This document shows, one piece after another, positions 1-10,406 of a DNA stretch of 64,000 bases (positions are counted from its first letter, which is position 1; the number at the start of each line of letters is the position of its first letter). The DNA comes from an uncultured cyanobacterium. GTDB taxonomy: Bacteria > Cyanobacteriota > Cyanobacteriia > Cyanobacteriales > CAWCAG01. Under the pieces are notes generated by a model, which did no database searches, was not told the origin of the DNA, and saw only the letters and a list, made by a program, of their open reading frames with translations. A program made the position numbers and the translations under genes. Where the stretch lies: NCBI GenBank assembly GCA_963803805.1, contig CAWDOD010000006.1:32001-96000 (forward strand), in the 5' to 3' direction.

Positions 1-59
1 GAGTAATCTGATACCCTAAATAAGGGTCATTCTCCAAAATAATTCCAAAAGCAATACAA

Positions 60-296
60 ATGAGCAAACACACTTTCAACAGCCAACTCGCCTTTGAAGA
101 AAAAGCCGAAAAATTTGGCAAACAAGCATTAGAATTAGGCTTGATTCCTAGTTTTACCATCCGCTATTTTTCTGACAGTTGGGAATTTTATCTTCCGGTA
201 GATAACCAAACCGAATCTACGGCTTTGACTCCAGAAGAAGCATATCTTAAATTGAAAAAAATGCTTGAAGAGTCTGGGGCAGAACTGTTGCAATAA
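60..296 (+). CDS. Small hypothetical protein
   Basis: 78-aa ATG ORF with protein-like composition; no family recognised. Confidence 0.65.
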   Translation: MSKHTFNSQLAFEEKAEKFGKQALELGLIPSFTIRYFSDSWEFYLPVDNQTESTALTPEEAYLKLKKMLEESGAELLQ

Positions 297-378
297 GTGA
301 TAAGTAACCATAATTACCCATTGCAACAGTTCCTTACTAAGTTTACAAGTAGATACAGTGCTAGAGAGCAGTATAAAT

Positions 379-789
379 ATGACTTTTCAATATACATATA
401 CCCGGTTGAATGTAGCGAACTACCAAGCTTGCAAAGCTTTTTATCAAGATGTGATGGGATTAGAGACTGTCTATAGTGATGATGAAGATGAATATGCTGA
501 GTTCGCTACAGGACAAACCAAAATAACTATTTTTAATCGCCAGAAATTAAAAGAATTTATTGGTAATCAGGAAACAACAACCTACGATCCTAGCTATGCT
601 GGCGTAGCGTTGACTTTTGAGGTAGATAACTTAGACGAGGCGATCAAAAAACTTAAAGGGCAAGGTGTAAAACTAATTAACAATCCTTGGAGTTATCCCG
701 ATAGAGGTTTTATTTCCACCTGTTTTCGAGATCCTGATGGGAATTTGATTGAGTTGCAAGAATCGATTTTTCAGCAACTCACCGTGTAG
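379..789 (+). CDS. VOC/glyoxalase family protein
   Basis: FYQDVMGL, LTFEVDNLDE and FRDPDGNLIEL motifs; ATG at 379 preferred over GTG at 358. Confidence 0.9.
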   Translation: MTFQYTYTRLNVANYQACKAFYQDVMGLETVYSDDEDEYAEFATGQTKITIFNRQKLKEFIGNQETTTYDPSYAGVALTFEVDNLDEAIKKLKGQGVKLINNPWSYPDRGFISTCFRDPDGNLIELQESIFQQLTV

Positions 790-904
790 TGATATTTAAG
801 TTTACCGAAGTAAAAAAAGGTTAAAAGGCCCATTTTTCTAGAACGGATTCCCTCTTCACTACTTTTGAGCAACAGTCATTGGCAGAACTTATCTCCAATA
901 GCTA

Positions 905-3013
905 ATGGTTTATCGAGAATTGATCGATGTTAAATGCAGAAAATTTTCCTTACTACTATTCAGTTTTATTTTAATAGTTTTCCTGGGCCTTAAATCTCTT
1001 ATTTTTATGGTAGGCAGAAATCAAACAGAAATTCTCTGGGATACTTGGGGTGTCCCCCATATTTATAGTCCCGATAGCGAGGGTTTATTTCAAGCTTTTG
1101 GCTATGCCCAAGCTACTAGCCATGGTGATTTAATTCTGCGCTTATATGGGCAAGCCAGGGGAAAAGGGGCGCAATATTGGGGGGAAGATTACCTCGATTC
1201 AGACCGCTATGTGAGGACTGTTGGTATCCCTGCTAGGGCGCAACAATGGTATGAACAGCAAGCCCCACAAATGCAACGCAACCTTAAGGCTTTTGCGGCG
1301 GGGATTAATCATTATTGCCAAGAAAATCCAGAAGCAGTTGCTACAGAATTAAAGCAAGTCTTACCTATCAATAGTGTTGATATTCTTGCCCATATCCAAA
1401 GGGTAGTAAATTTCCATTTTGTAACTAATCCCCAAGAAGTTGCTTCAATCGGTTCCAATGGTTGGGCGATCGCATCCTCCCACACCAATAACGGTAAGGC
1501 CATGTTGCTTGCTAATCCCCACTTACCTTGGTCTGATTTTTACCTGTGGTACGAAGCACATTTGGTTGCACCGGATGTTGATGCTTACGGAGTTGCCTTG
1601 GTGGGAATGCCGGGTTTAGCGATCGCTTTTAATGATCATTTAGGTTGGACAACAACGGTTAATACTTTTGATGGCGCTGATGTTTATGATTTAACTTTAA
1701 CTCAAGGAGGCTATCTTTGGGATGGAGAGATGCGCCCTTTTACCGAAGAAAGTCAAACCATTAAAATTAAGCAAGCAGATGGCAGCTTGCGAGAAGAACA
1801 ATTAACCATTCTCAATTCTATTCATGGTCCCGTTGTCGCTAAACAAAGCAACAAAGCCCAAGCTTTAAGGGTTGTCGGTTTAGATCGCCCCCATATTTTA
1901 GAACAATTCTGGGGTATGGCCAAAGCCCAGAATTTGCAAGAGTTTGAAGCAGCCGTTCAATCTTTACAATTGCCTTTATTTAACATTCTCTATGCCGACA
2001 AAGCAGGAGAAATCTTTTACTTATTTAATGCCCAAGTTCCCCAAAGAAACCAAGGAAACTGGGATTATTGGCAGGGTACAATACCTGGAGATACTGCTGC
2101 TACCCTGTGGACAGAGTACCATCCCTACGAAGACTTACCCCGCTTAGTTAATCCTCCTAGCGGTTGGTTGCAGAATACTAATGATCCTCCTTGGTTAGCA
2201 ACCTTTCCTCAACTTCTCAACCCGAAAGATTATCCTGCTTATCTCGCACCCTCTTCATTAGGTAAAGCCGGAGAAATTTTTCGTACCCAACGTTCCATCC
2301 GAATGTTGCAAGAAAATGCTAACATGAGTTTTGAGGAACTCATCACCTTTAAGTTCTCTTCTCGCTTAGAGTTAGCTGATCGCCTCTTAGATGAATTAAT
2401 CCCCGCAGCTAGGGAGTTAGGCAACGAACTAGCACAAGAAGCAGCAGAGGTTTTAGCAGCTTGGGATAGACAGGCGCAAGCTGATAGTCGCGGTGCAGTA
2501 TTGTTTAGTTTGTGGGCTATGGCTATACAACAGGGTAACTTCTTCGCTACACCCTGGCAAGAAAGCGCCCCCTTAACCACTCCGCAAGGTTTAGCAGACT
2601 TGCAACAAGCAGTGCAAACCTTAGAAGTTGTTGCCGATACAATGAAGTCTCTTTATGGTTCGGTAGATGTACCTTGGGGAGAAGTTGTACGCCTAACCTA
2701 TGAACAATATAACTTACCCGCATCGGGCGCTCTGGGGCTTTTAGGCAGCTTCCGAGTCCTTTACACTGTACCTATGCCAGAAAAGGGCTTTCGTACCTTT
2801 GGAGGGGACTCCTACATTGCTGCTATTGAGTTTGGTGATACTGTCAAAGCGAAAGTGCTTAATACCTATGGCAATGCCACTCAACCTAATTCCCCTCACC
2901 TAGGAGATCAACTTCCTTTGTACCTACAGGGAGAGTTACGGGAAGCTTGGCGCGATCGCACAGAAATTATGGCTAATTTGGAACGTAAAGAGGTATTCTC
3001 ACTTTATCAATAA
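905..3013 (+). CDS. Penicillin acylase / AHL-acylase family Ntn-hydrolase
   Basis: WDTWGVPHIY, GSNGWAI (Ser nucleophile) and LLANPHLPW motifs; hydrophobic N-terminal signal. Confidence 0.9.
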   Translation: MVYRELIDVKCRKFSLLLFSFILIVFLGLKSLIFMVGRNQTEILWDTWGVPHIYSPDSEGLFQAFGYAQATSHGDLILRLYGQARGKGAQYWGEDYLDSDRYVRTVGIPARAQQWYEQQAPQMQRNLKAFAAGINHYCQENPEAVATELKQVLPINSVDILAHIQRVVNFHFVTNPQEVASIGSNGWAIASSHTNNGKAMLLANPHLPWSDFYLWYEAHLVAPDVDAYGVALVGMPGLAIAFNDHLGWTTTVNTFDGADVYDLTLTQGGYLWDGEMRPFTEESQTIKIKQADGSLREEQLTILNSIHGPVVAKQSNKAQALRVVGLDRPHILEQFWGMAKAQNLQEFEAAVQSLQLPLFNILYADKAGEIFYLFNAQVPQRNQGNWDYWQGTIPGDTAATLWTEYHPYEDLPRLVNPPSGWLQNTNDPPWLATFPQLLNPKDYPAYLAPSSLGKAGEIFRTQRSIRMLQENANMSFEELITFKFSSRLELADRLLDELIPAARELGNELAQEAAEVLAAWDRQAQADSRGAVLFSLWAMAIQQGNFFATPWQESAPLTTPQGLADLQQAVQTLEVVADTMKSLYGSVDVPWGEVVRLTYEQYNLPASGALGLLGSFRVLYTVPMPEKGFRTFGGDSYIAAIEFGDTVKAKVLNTYGNATQPNSPHLGDQLPLYLQGELREAWRDRTEIMANLERKEVFSLYQ

Positions 3014-3041
3014 CTCATTGTAGAGATTATTAGTATTCACT

Positions 3042-3765
3042 TTATAGCTTTAAATCTTGCCATTGTTCTTTGGCAAATTTGATTAACTGATTTTTTCTTT
3101 GGTTAATCGAGTCTTGATTCCAATCGTTACGCTCAGTTTTATTATCATCGTCAAAAATAATATCTTGGAGTAACATCAGATTAGCGTTTTTGTAAGTTTC
3201 CTTTTTTTTCTCAAAACCTTTGTTACTCGCCTCAGAATTTAATGTGGGAGACAGTAAACATAAATTACCAATAGAGTGAACAAATTTTTCGTGTTCGCCA
3301 TTAGACATATTATCCCAAGAAGATTCATTAATACTCTGAGGTAGTATATGCTCTATAGTTTTATTGGGATTAGAGTCCCATATTTGACTCCAAATAAGTT
3401 GATTCAGTTGTTTGTCATTTCCCTTTAATAAATACTCTTCATATTTAGAGAAAAAAATATCTTAACTCCTTTTGCCAATTATTATAACAATCAGATTTTT
3501 CAAGTTCTTCAACAGCATCACAGACATAAAAAGTATTAGAACCAACTTGCTTTTTATCTTTGGTTTTTAAACAGACAATTGTTGCCATAAAGTGTATTCT
3601 GTCATCATATTTTTCTCTCGCTTCTTCCAGCTTTCTAATATCATTAAATAATGCCTCTCTCTGCTTCTTTTGCCAACTATAATGACGTTGATATTCAGGT
3701 ATCTTAAAAAGTTTATTACTTAAAATCTCAATTAAAGATTTAAACTCAGGTTGAATTATACTCAT
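3042..3765 (-). pseudogene. GmrSD-type (DUF262-DUF1524) restriction endonuclease remnant
   Basis: N-terminal IPEYQRHYSW (DUF262) is joined directly to C-terminal sequence and lacks DGQQR. After a shift in a T7 run near 3451-3457 the frame reads SKYEEYL...TIEHILPQ...IGNLCLL...LNSEASNKGF (DUF1524). Confidence 0.85.
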
Positions 3766-3941
3766 ATTTTATTTAGCTTGTTTATGCAACTTTATAATTT
3801 TAGCTGAAAAATCATGTCTAATCATGCGTTAAGCGACATCTATAGCACTCTAGTCTTCCCCCTTCCTCATCATCCCTTACCTTGCGTATTACTCATGTAG
3901 TATAATCGAATAAGTATAGTGGCGCAAAAGGAAACCACACC

Positions 3942-5966
3942 ATGAATACCTTAAGAAACCTACGCAACATTGGTATTTCTGCCCATATCGACTCTGGCAA
4001 AACGACTTTAAGTGAGCGGATTTTATTCTACACAGGAAAAATCCACAAAATTGAAGAAGTACGAGGCGGTGGTAGTGGGGCGAAAATGGATTACATGGAG
4101 TTGGAAACCCTTAAAGGTATTACCATTACCTCAGCCGCAACTACCTGTTTTTGGCAAGATAAACAAATCAATCTTATTGATACACCTGGTCATGTCGATT
4201 TTACCATTGAAGTAGAACGAGCTTTGCGGGTTCTTGATGGGGCTGTTATGGTCTTGTGTGCTGTTGCTGGGGTACAGTCTCAATCAGTCACTGTAGATCG
4301 GCAGATGAAGCGCTACAACGTGCCACGTTTAGCTTTCATTAATAAGATGGATCGTCCTGGTGCAGATCCTTGGCAGGTTTTGCAAGGGTTACAGGAAAAA
4401 CTAAATTTACACCCAGTGTTGTTGCAATATCCTCTTGTCACAGACGAGGGGTTTGTAGGAGTGATTGACTTAATCACTATGAAAGCCAACTACTATGAGG
4501 GAAAGCAGGGAGAAAATGTTGTTACCAAAAAGATTCCCGATGGTTTCTGGCAAACGGAAGCAAAGTTAGCTAGGGAGAAACTTTTAGACCAGGTTTCTCT
4601 ATTTTCTGACCAAATTACTGCTCAGTTACTAGCAGGTGAAGAAGTTTCTCCTACAACTATTCAAGAAACCATTCGGCAAGCTACTTTAAACAGAGAAATT
4701 GTCCCGGTGTTGCTGGGTTCAGCTTTTCAAAATAAAGGAGTACAAAATCTTCTTGATGCGGTATCTTTATACCTGCCTTCTCCTTTAGATAGGGAGGCGG
4801 TGCAAGCGACAGAGAGGATAACCGGAGAAAAGGTAATCATTGAGGCAAATCCTGATGCCCCTTTTGTCGCCTTAGCCTTTAAGCTAATAGAAGACGAATT
4901 TGGTCAGCTAACCTACATTCGCATCTACTCCGGAACTCTGCATCAAGGAGATCGCCTCTTTAACCCTCGTACTCAAAGAGTCATCCGTGTCAGCCGTTTG
5001 ATTCGGCTTCATGCTGGAGATCGGGAAAACCTTGATTCAGCACAAGCGGGGGAAATTATTGCCCTGTTAGGGGTTGAATGTGCTTCGGGAGATACTCTTT
5101 GTTCTGAGGATCTCAATCTTTCTTTAGAGAATATGTTTATCCCCGGACCTGTTATCACCCTAGCAATTACTCCCAAAACCCAGGAAGACGGGGTGCAGAT
5201 GTCAAAAGCCCTCAGCCGCTTCGTCCGTGAAGACCCCACTTTGCACGTTAGTAGCAGTCCTGAAGGAGGAGAAACTCTAATTTCTGGTATGGGAGAGTTG
5301 CATCTCGATATTTATCTTGAACGTTTGCGACGGGAGTATGATGCTGAAGTATATGCTGGTCAACCAGCAGTTGCTTACCAAGAAACTATTACCAAAGCAG
5401 CCCAGTTTGACTACAAACTCAAAAAACAAACAGGAGGCCCTGGTCAATATGCCCACATCACAGGGCATTTAGAACCTTGTGAAGGGGACTTTGAGTTTGT
5501 GGATAAGGTTGTAGGGGGAGCAATTCCTAAACAATTTATCCCTGCTTGTGAGAAGGGTTTCCTGGATGCGATCGCGACGGGTTATGTTCAGGGTTATCCC
5601 GTTGTTGGGGTCAAGGTTGTCCTTGAAGGTGGTTCCTATCATCCCGTTGATTCTAAGGATATCGCTTTCCGTTATGCTGCTAGACAAGCTTTTGAACAAG
5701 CTTTTGCCCAAGCAAGTCCAATTATCTTGGAACCGATTATGTTAGTGACAGTAGAAACTCCTGATCAGTTTGTCGGTAGGGTACAAGGCAATCTCTTATC
5801 CCGCCGTGGTTTGCTGATTGGTTCAGAGGTCTTAACCGATTACACAGTGATTCGCGCCGAAGTACCTTTAAAAGAGATGTTCGGTTACTCCACAGATTTA
5901 CGTTCCCTGTCTCAAGGAATGGCCAATTTTTCTCTGGAGTTATCAGGATATAAACCTACCCGTTAG
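3942..5966 (+). CDS. fusA: Elongation factor G paralogue
   Basis: AHIDSGKTT, KGITITSAAT, DTPGHVDF, NKMD, GMGELHL and EMFGYSTDLRS motifs. Confidence 0.93.
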   Translation: MNTLRNLRNIGISAHIDSGKTTLSERILFYTGKIHKIEEVRGGGSGAKMDYMELETLKGITITSAATTCFWQDKQINLIDTPGHVDFTIEVERALRVLDGAVMVLCAVAGVQSQSVTVDRQMKRYNVPRLAFINKMDRPGADPWQVLQGLQEKLNLHPVLLQYPLVTDEGFVGVIDLITMKANYYEGKQGENVVTKKIPDGFWQTEAKLAREKLLDQVSLFSDQITAQLLAGEEVSPTTIQETIRQATLNREIVPVLLGSAFQNKGVQNLLDAVSLYLPSPLDREAVQATERITGEKVIIEANPDAPFVALAFKLIEDEFGQLTYIRIYSGTLHQGDRLFNPRTQRVIRVSRLIRLHAGDRENLDSAQAGEIIALLGVECASGDTLCSEDLNLSLENMFIPGPVITLAITPKTQEDGVQMSKALSRFVREDPTLHVSSSPEGGETLISGMGELHLDIYLERLRREYDAEVYAGQPAVAYQETITKAAQFDYKLKKQTGGPGQYAHITGHLEPCEGDFEFVDKVVGGAIPKQFIPACEKGFLDAIATGYVQGYPVVGVKVVLEGGSYHPVDSKDIAFRYAARQAFEQAFAQASPIILEPIMLVTVETPDQFVGRVQGNLLSRRGLLIGSEVLTDYTVIRAEVPLKEMFGYSTDLRSLSQGMANFSLELSGYKPTR

Positions 5967-5974
5967 GTTAAATC

Positions 5975-6018
5975 AAAAAACTGTAGAGGAGTTTTTAAAA
6001 ACATCTCTACAGTTTTTT
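5975..6018. terminator. Bidirectional intrinsic terminator between convergent fusA and ugd
   Basis: AAAAAACTGTAGAG...CTCTACAGTTTTTT inverted repeat with A and T tails. Confidence 0.7.
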
Positions 6019-6032
6019 AATATTGCTCATTG

Positions 6033-6100
6033 GTCAGGGACTAGGGGTCAGGGGCCAGAGGTCAGGGGAACAATACATTCTTTCCTTTTGACTTTTGACT
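6033..6100. repeat. Heptamer tandem repeats (STRR-like)
   Basis: gtcaggg actaggg gtcaggg gccagag gtcaggg, then ccttttg acttttg. Confidence 0.7.
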
Positions 6101-6115
6101 GGGGGCTACTCCCTT

Positions 6116-7501
6116 CTACCTGCCAATACCGATATAACGGAAACCCGCTTTTTCTGCGGCTGCTTTGTCGAGGAAGTTACGACCATCAATAATTACAGGA
6201 TTGTTCATACGCTTAGCTAAAGCTTCGTAATCCAACTCAGCAAATTGCTGCCAATCGGTCACTAAAACCAAAGCATCACAACGATCTGCTAACATATTAA
6301 TCTCGGTTTCTACAATCACCCCAGACAAACCATGACTCATGCCACTTTGAGAAACAATGGGGTCATAGGCTTTTACTTTTGCTCCCAAGCGGTTCAATTC
6401 TTCAATTAAGTTTAAAGCTGGTGCATCCCGCATATCATCAGTGTCTGGTTTGAAAGTTAAACCTAGTAAACCAACTACTTTACCTTTAAGGATCTTTAAT
6501 TCCTTTTGCAACTTTTCTAAAGATATAACTCGTTGGCGCTTGTTAACATTAACGGCACTTTTCAGTAACTCTGCTTCATAACCATAATCATCAGCAGTAT
6601 GAATTAAAGCAGAGACATCTTTGGGGAAACAAGAACCTCCCCAACCAATTCCTGCTTGTAAGAACTTTTTACCAATACGGGAATCTAAACCGATTCCGGC
6701 TGCTACTTGAGTGACATCAGCACCGACGCGATCGCAGATATTGGCTACTTCATTAATAAAGCTAATTTTGGTGGCCAAAAATGAGTTAGCAGCATACTTA
6801 ATCATCTCAGCAGAGTTGAGGTCTGTTTCAACTACAGGAACAGGAGGCAAAGATTTATCTTCGCTAAATTCCCGTGAAACCAAAGGTGCATAAAGCTCTT
6901 GCATCATAGCTAAAGCTTTTTCACTATTACTGCCTAAAACAATGCGGTCTGGGTTAAAGGTATCATAAACCGCAGAACCTTCCCGGAGAAATTCAGGGTT
7001 ACTAACCACATCAAATTCCGCCGCAATTTTCTCCATCACTTCAGTGCCACCACCGGAAGGAATCAAGGATTTTTGCCTTTCTGCCACTCCATCTAAGACA
7101 ATCATCCTTACCCAGTCACCAGAACCGATGGGAACCGTAGATTTATTAACTATTACTTTATAACCATCTTTTAAATGAGCGCCGATTCCCCGCGCCACCG
7201 CCTCTACATAACGGGTATCACTTTCCCCTGTGGGCAAGGGAGGGGTTCCCACCGCAATAAACAAAATTTCCCCATGATCTACCCCAGCTTCCAAATCCGT
7301 AGAAAATTTCAAACGTCCTGACTCAGCAGAAGATTTCATCAAATCCGAAAGCCCCGGTTCATAAATGGGAGATTGTCCTGACTGCATTAACTTAACTTTT
7401 TGTTCATTGTTGTCAATACAAATAACCTCGTGGCCAATATGAGAAAGACATACACCTGTAACCAAACCAACGTATCCAGTACCAATAACACAAACGCGCA
7501 T
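6116..7501 (-). CDS. ugd: UDP-glucose 6-dehydrogenase
   Basis: VIGTGYVGL, SNPEFLREG, GWGGSCFPKD and FKPDTDDMR motifs. Confidence 0.95.
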   Translation of the reverse strand: MRVCVIGTGYVGLVTGVCLSHIGHEVICIDNNEQKVKLMQSGQSPIYEPGLSDLMKSSAESGRLKFSTDLEAGVDHGEILFIAVGTPPLPTGESDTRYVEAVARGIGAHLKDGYKVIVNKSTVPIGSGDWVRMIVLDGVAERQKSLIPSGGGTEVMEKIAAEFDVVSNPEFLREGSAVYDTFNPDRIVLGSNSEKALAMMQELYAPLVSREFSEDKSLPPVPVVETDLNSAEMIKYAANSFLATKISFINEVANICDRVGADVTQVAAGIGLDSRIGKKFLQAGIGWGGSCFPKDVSALIHTADDYGYEAELLKSAVNVNKRQRVISLEKLQKELKILKGKVVGLLGLTFKPDTDDMRDAPALNLIEELNRLGAKVKAYDPIVSQSGMSHGLSGVIVETEINMLADRCDALVLVTDWQQFAELDYEALAKRMNNPVIIDGRNFLDKAAAEKAGFRYIGIGR

Positions 7502-7532
7502 AGAATTAATCCTCAAAGAACAGTAGTTGAAT

Positions 7533-7580
7533 CTGTCAATTAAAAATTGACGGGTAAGGGGTCAGGGGTCAAGGGTAAGG
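7533..7580 (+). repeat. Dispersed hairpin repeat GTCAATTAAAAATTGAC-GGGTAAGGGG followed by heptamers (copy 1)
   Basis: Near-identical copies at 56785 and 60958 (minus strand); half copy at 33541. Confidence 0.75.
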
Positions 7581-7614
7581 GATAACCTTTCATTGTCAAA
7601 ACTATTCCCTAATT

Positions 7615-8544
7615 TTATTTGCCCAGGCGGTTACTAAAATCTTCTATTGTTAGTTTTAATCCCTCTTTTAGAGCAATCGTTGGTTCCCAGCCAAGAATTG
7701 TTTTGGCTTTAGTAATATCGGGTTGTCGCTGTTTAGGATCGTCTTGGGGTAAGGGTTTATAAACAATTTCTGCATCAGGATTGATCATATTTTGAATGGT
7801 TTGAGCCAATTCTAAAATCGTATATTCACCAGGATTGCCAATATTAACAGGGCCAATACAATCGCTATTCATTAAGCGAATAAATCCCTCCACAAGGTCA
7901 GATACGTAGCAAAAGCTACGGGTTTGAGAACCGTCGCCATATACGGTTAAAGGTTCCCCTTGCAAAGCTTGGACAATAAAGTTACTAACTACTCGTCCAT
8001 CATGTTCTAACATTCGAGGTCCGTAGGTATTAAAAATACGTACCACCCTAATATCTACACCATTTTGACGATGATAATCAAAAGCGAGGGTTTCTGCTAC
8101 TCTTTTTCCTTCGTCATAGCAAGACCGAATGCCGATACAATTAACATTGCCTCGATATTCTTCCGGTTGAGGATGAACATCAGGATCGCCGTATACTTCA
8201 GAAGTAGAAGCCAAAAAAAATCTTGCCTTTACTCGCTTAGCTAAACCCAACATATTTAAGGTTCCGATTACATTGGTTTTAATGGTTTTTACTGGGTTGA
8301 ACTGATAGTGAACCGGAGAAGCAGGACAAGCAAGATGATAAATTTGGTCTACTTCCAAGCGAATAGGTTCAGTAATGTCGTGACGAATTAGCTCGAAATA
8401 GGGATTATCCAGCCACTTAAGAATATTTCTTTTGTGACCAGTATAAAAGTTATCAAGACACAGCACTTCATTGCCCTGCGTCATTAATCTATCGATTAGA
8501 TGGGAACCGATAAAACCAGCACCACCTGTTACCAAAATTCTCAT
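7615..8544 (-). CDS. UDP-glucuronate decarboxylase (UDP-xylose synthase, extended SDR)
   Basis: [28 protein letters not shown] and YDEGKR motifs. Confidence 0.93.
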   Translation of the reverse strand: MRILVTGGAGFIGSHLIDRLMTQGNEVLCLDNFYTGHKRNILKWLDNPYFELIRHDITEPIRLEVDQIYHLACPASPVHYQFNPVKTIKTNVIGTLNMLGLAKRVKARFFLASTSEVYGDPDVHPQPEEYRGNVNCIGIRSCYDEGKRVAETLAFDYHRQNGVDIRVVRIFNTYGPRMLEHDGRVVSNFIVQALQGEPLTVYGDGSQTRSFCYVSDLVEGFIRLMNSDCIGPVNIGNPGEYTILELAQTIQNMINPDAEIVYKPLPQDDPKQRQPDITKAKTILGWEPTIALKEGLKLTIEDFSNRLGK

Positions 8545-8767
8545 ACAACTGACTCTATTGGAGTTTAAACCAATCCTAAGTTAACTTTGGAAATGTGGAA
8601 TGTCTAGATAATTTAGTATTTATACAAAGGTTGTGGTTTCATGACTTCATACTTTTTTTGTTTGATTTATAGAAATAGTGTTCCCACTACGGTTATAACT
8701 TTATCGAAAGAGTAATCTGTAAATTGTTCTGGGGATAGAATTTGGGAGATAAACCTTTTTTCTCTAT

Positions 8768-8799
8768 AAAAAAGCCCGGATTGTTATTAATCCGGGTTA
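8768..8799 (-). terminator. Intrinsic terminator after opcA
   Basis: CCCGGATT...AATCCGGG stem followed by a T-run on the minus strand. Confidence 0.65.
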
Positions 8800-8895
8800 A
8801 TCAAGCACAATTAGTTGATGAATAGTTTTTAGAGTCAAGGAATTTCCTTTACCTCAACCACAATATCTTCGACACAACAAAAAACCGTATACCTT

Positions 8896-10267
8896 TTATT
8901 CTTCTTCAAGCAATTGGAGGATTTTGTAAGTTACTTCCATACTTTCTTGATAAAGGCTATCTTGTCCCCAACGTTGGAGTTGCCCAGATAACAAATCCTC
9001 AGTTTTTTGGTCAAATAAAGGAGTTACTTGCTGAATACGACAAGATTGTGCGCCACCGCCGGATTCCATACGCATACAGCCTGTAGTTTCCGAACACAAA
9101 ACAGTACAGCAATCAGCATCTAAATCGGTGGAAGTGAGACGTAAACTAGTTAAATCTCCTGGAACATCTCCCCAATCGGCGGTAGGAATGCCTGCTAATT
9201 CTGCTTCTACGGTAACTTGAGCATCAGTAGTAAATTTGATGCGTCTGATATCATAGTCCCCTCCTTCTTTGACGAAAGAAATAGGCTGCCATTTAAGGCG
9301 ACTAGCTAACCAACCCAAGTACATCAAGGCTTGAGACTGGTTGCCTTTTTCATAATCAATGGTAACACGGTCAACTTTCTTAATATCCGCTCTTCTTTCT
9401 GGAGGATCGAAAGCTTCTGCTGCTAGTTCTTGCCATGCTGCTAATCTACCCCAGTTTAAGTCAGCAACGATATTTTTTTGTTCCAATAGTTGGCCAACTT
9501 TAGCTAAGTCAGCTTCGGGAGACATAAAACTACTAGAGTCAAAAATGATGGTGTCGCTACTTCCTGTTAAGCGCTTAAATAAGCCATATTCAGGATCAGG
9601 GGTAGCTTTCCACCAAATATATTTCGGTAAACCACTAATCAACAAGGCAGAAATCACGCCACCAATGCGTTCAAGGGGCCTCTGATGTACCCCGTAGGGT
9701 AATGTATTCACAGCAAATCAAAGAAGCATTTTTACTGCGTTTCTGAATAGGACAATAAGCAGAAACTTGGGCTTTTACCCCTTCGTCTTCCCCCGCTATG
9801 GGGCAAAGGGTAATAATCCGACAAGGATTAGAAACAGCGATCGCATCAGCAACCCCAGCTCCTTCTAAATCCGGAGAATATTTGATTGCTGCTGTTTCGT
9901 TTTCTGGGGTTAATTTATCTTCCTCTTTGGCTTTTTCAAATTCTTCTTCCAATCTCTTCAGGAAATCGGCATTAGATTTGCCTGTAACCTCTAATTGATA
10001 TTTTTTCTGGGCTGCTTTAATTGCCGCAGTAGTACGAGGTCCAGCAATGCCATCAACTGCACCTTTGTAAAACCCTAAAGCAGCAAGTAGTTGTTGAGTT
10101 CCATCTGGTTCATAAACTATAAAACTAAAGGTAGTAGCCCTAGTAGCAGAACCATCTTCACCACCATAATTTTGCCAGATTTCTTGTAATTCTGATTCAA
10201 TGTCATCAATTGAGACATCTTTAGGAGTTTGGAGAGAAACAATCGGGGCTGATTTTGTAAGTACCAT
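8896..10267 (-). CDS. opcA: G6PDH assembly/activator protein OpcA (frameshifted in this sequence)
   Basis: Two ORFs carry the N-half (PG-binding insert, NPCRIITL, CCEYITL) and the C-half (DLNWGRL, YLGWLASRL). Removing one base at 9675-9680 gives EALERIGG. Lies downstream of zwf. Confidence 0.9.
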
Positions 10268-10296
10268 TTTTCAGTTACCAATGATCAGTTATCAGT

Positions 10297-10405
10297 GTAG
10301 GGGCGACCCGTTTTCGGTAATATTGTTGATAAATCAGAGTTTAAATTGGGTCGCCTTTTGGGTTCAGTGTCTAAAGTTTAAATTGGGTCGCCCTTTGGGT
10401 TCAGT
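10297..10405 (+). repeat. GTAG-headed REP-like long-spacer palindrome (copy A) with duplicated right arm
   Basis: GTAGGGGCGACCC...AATTGGGTCGCC; the segment AGTTTAAATTGGGTCGCC(T/C)TTTGGGTTCAGT occurs twice. Confidence 0.8.
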
Positions 10406-10406
10406 A

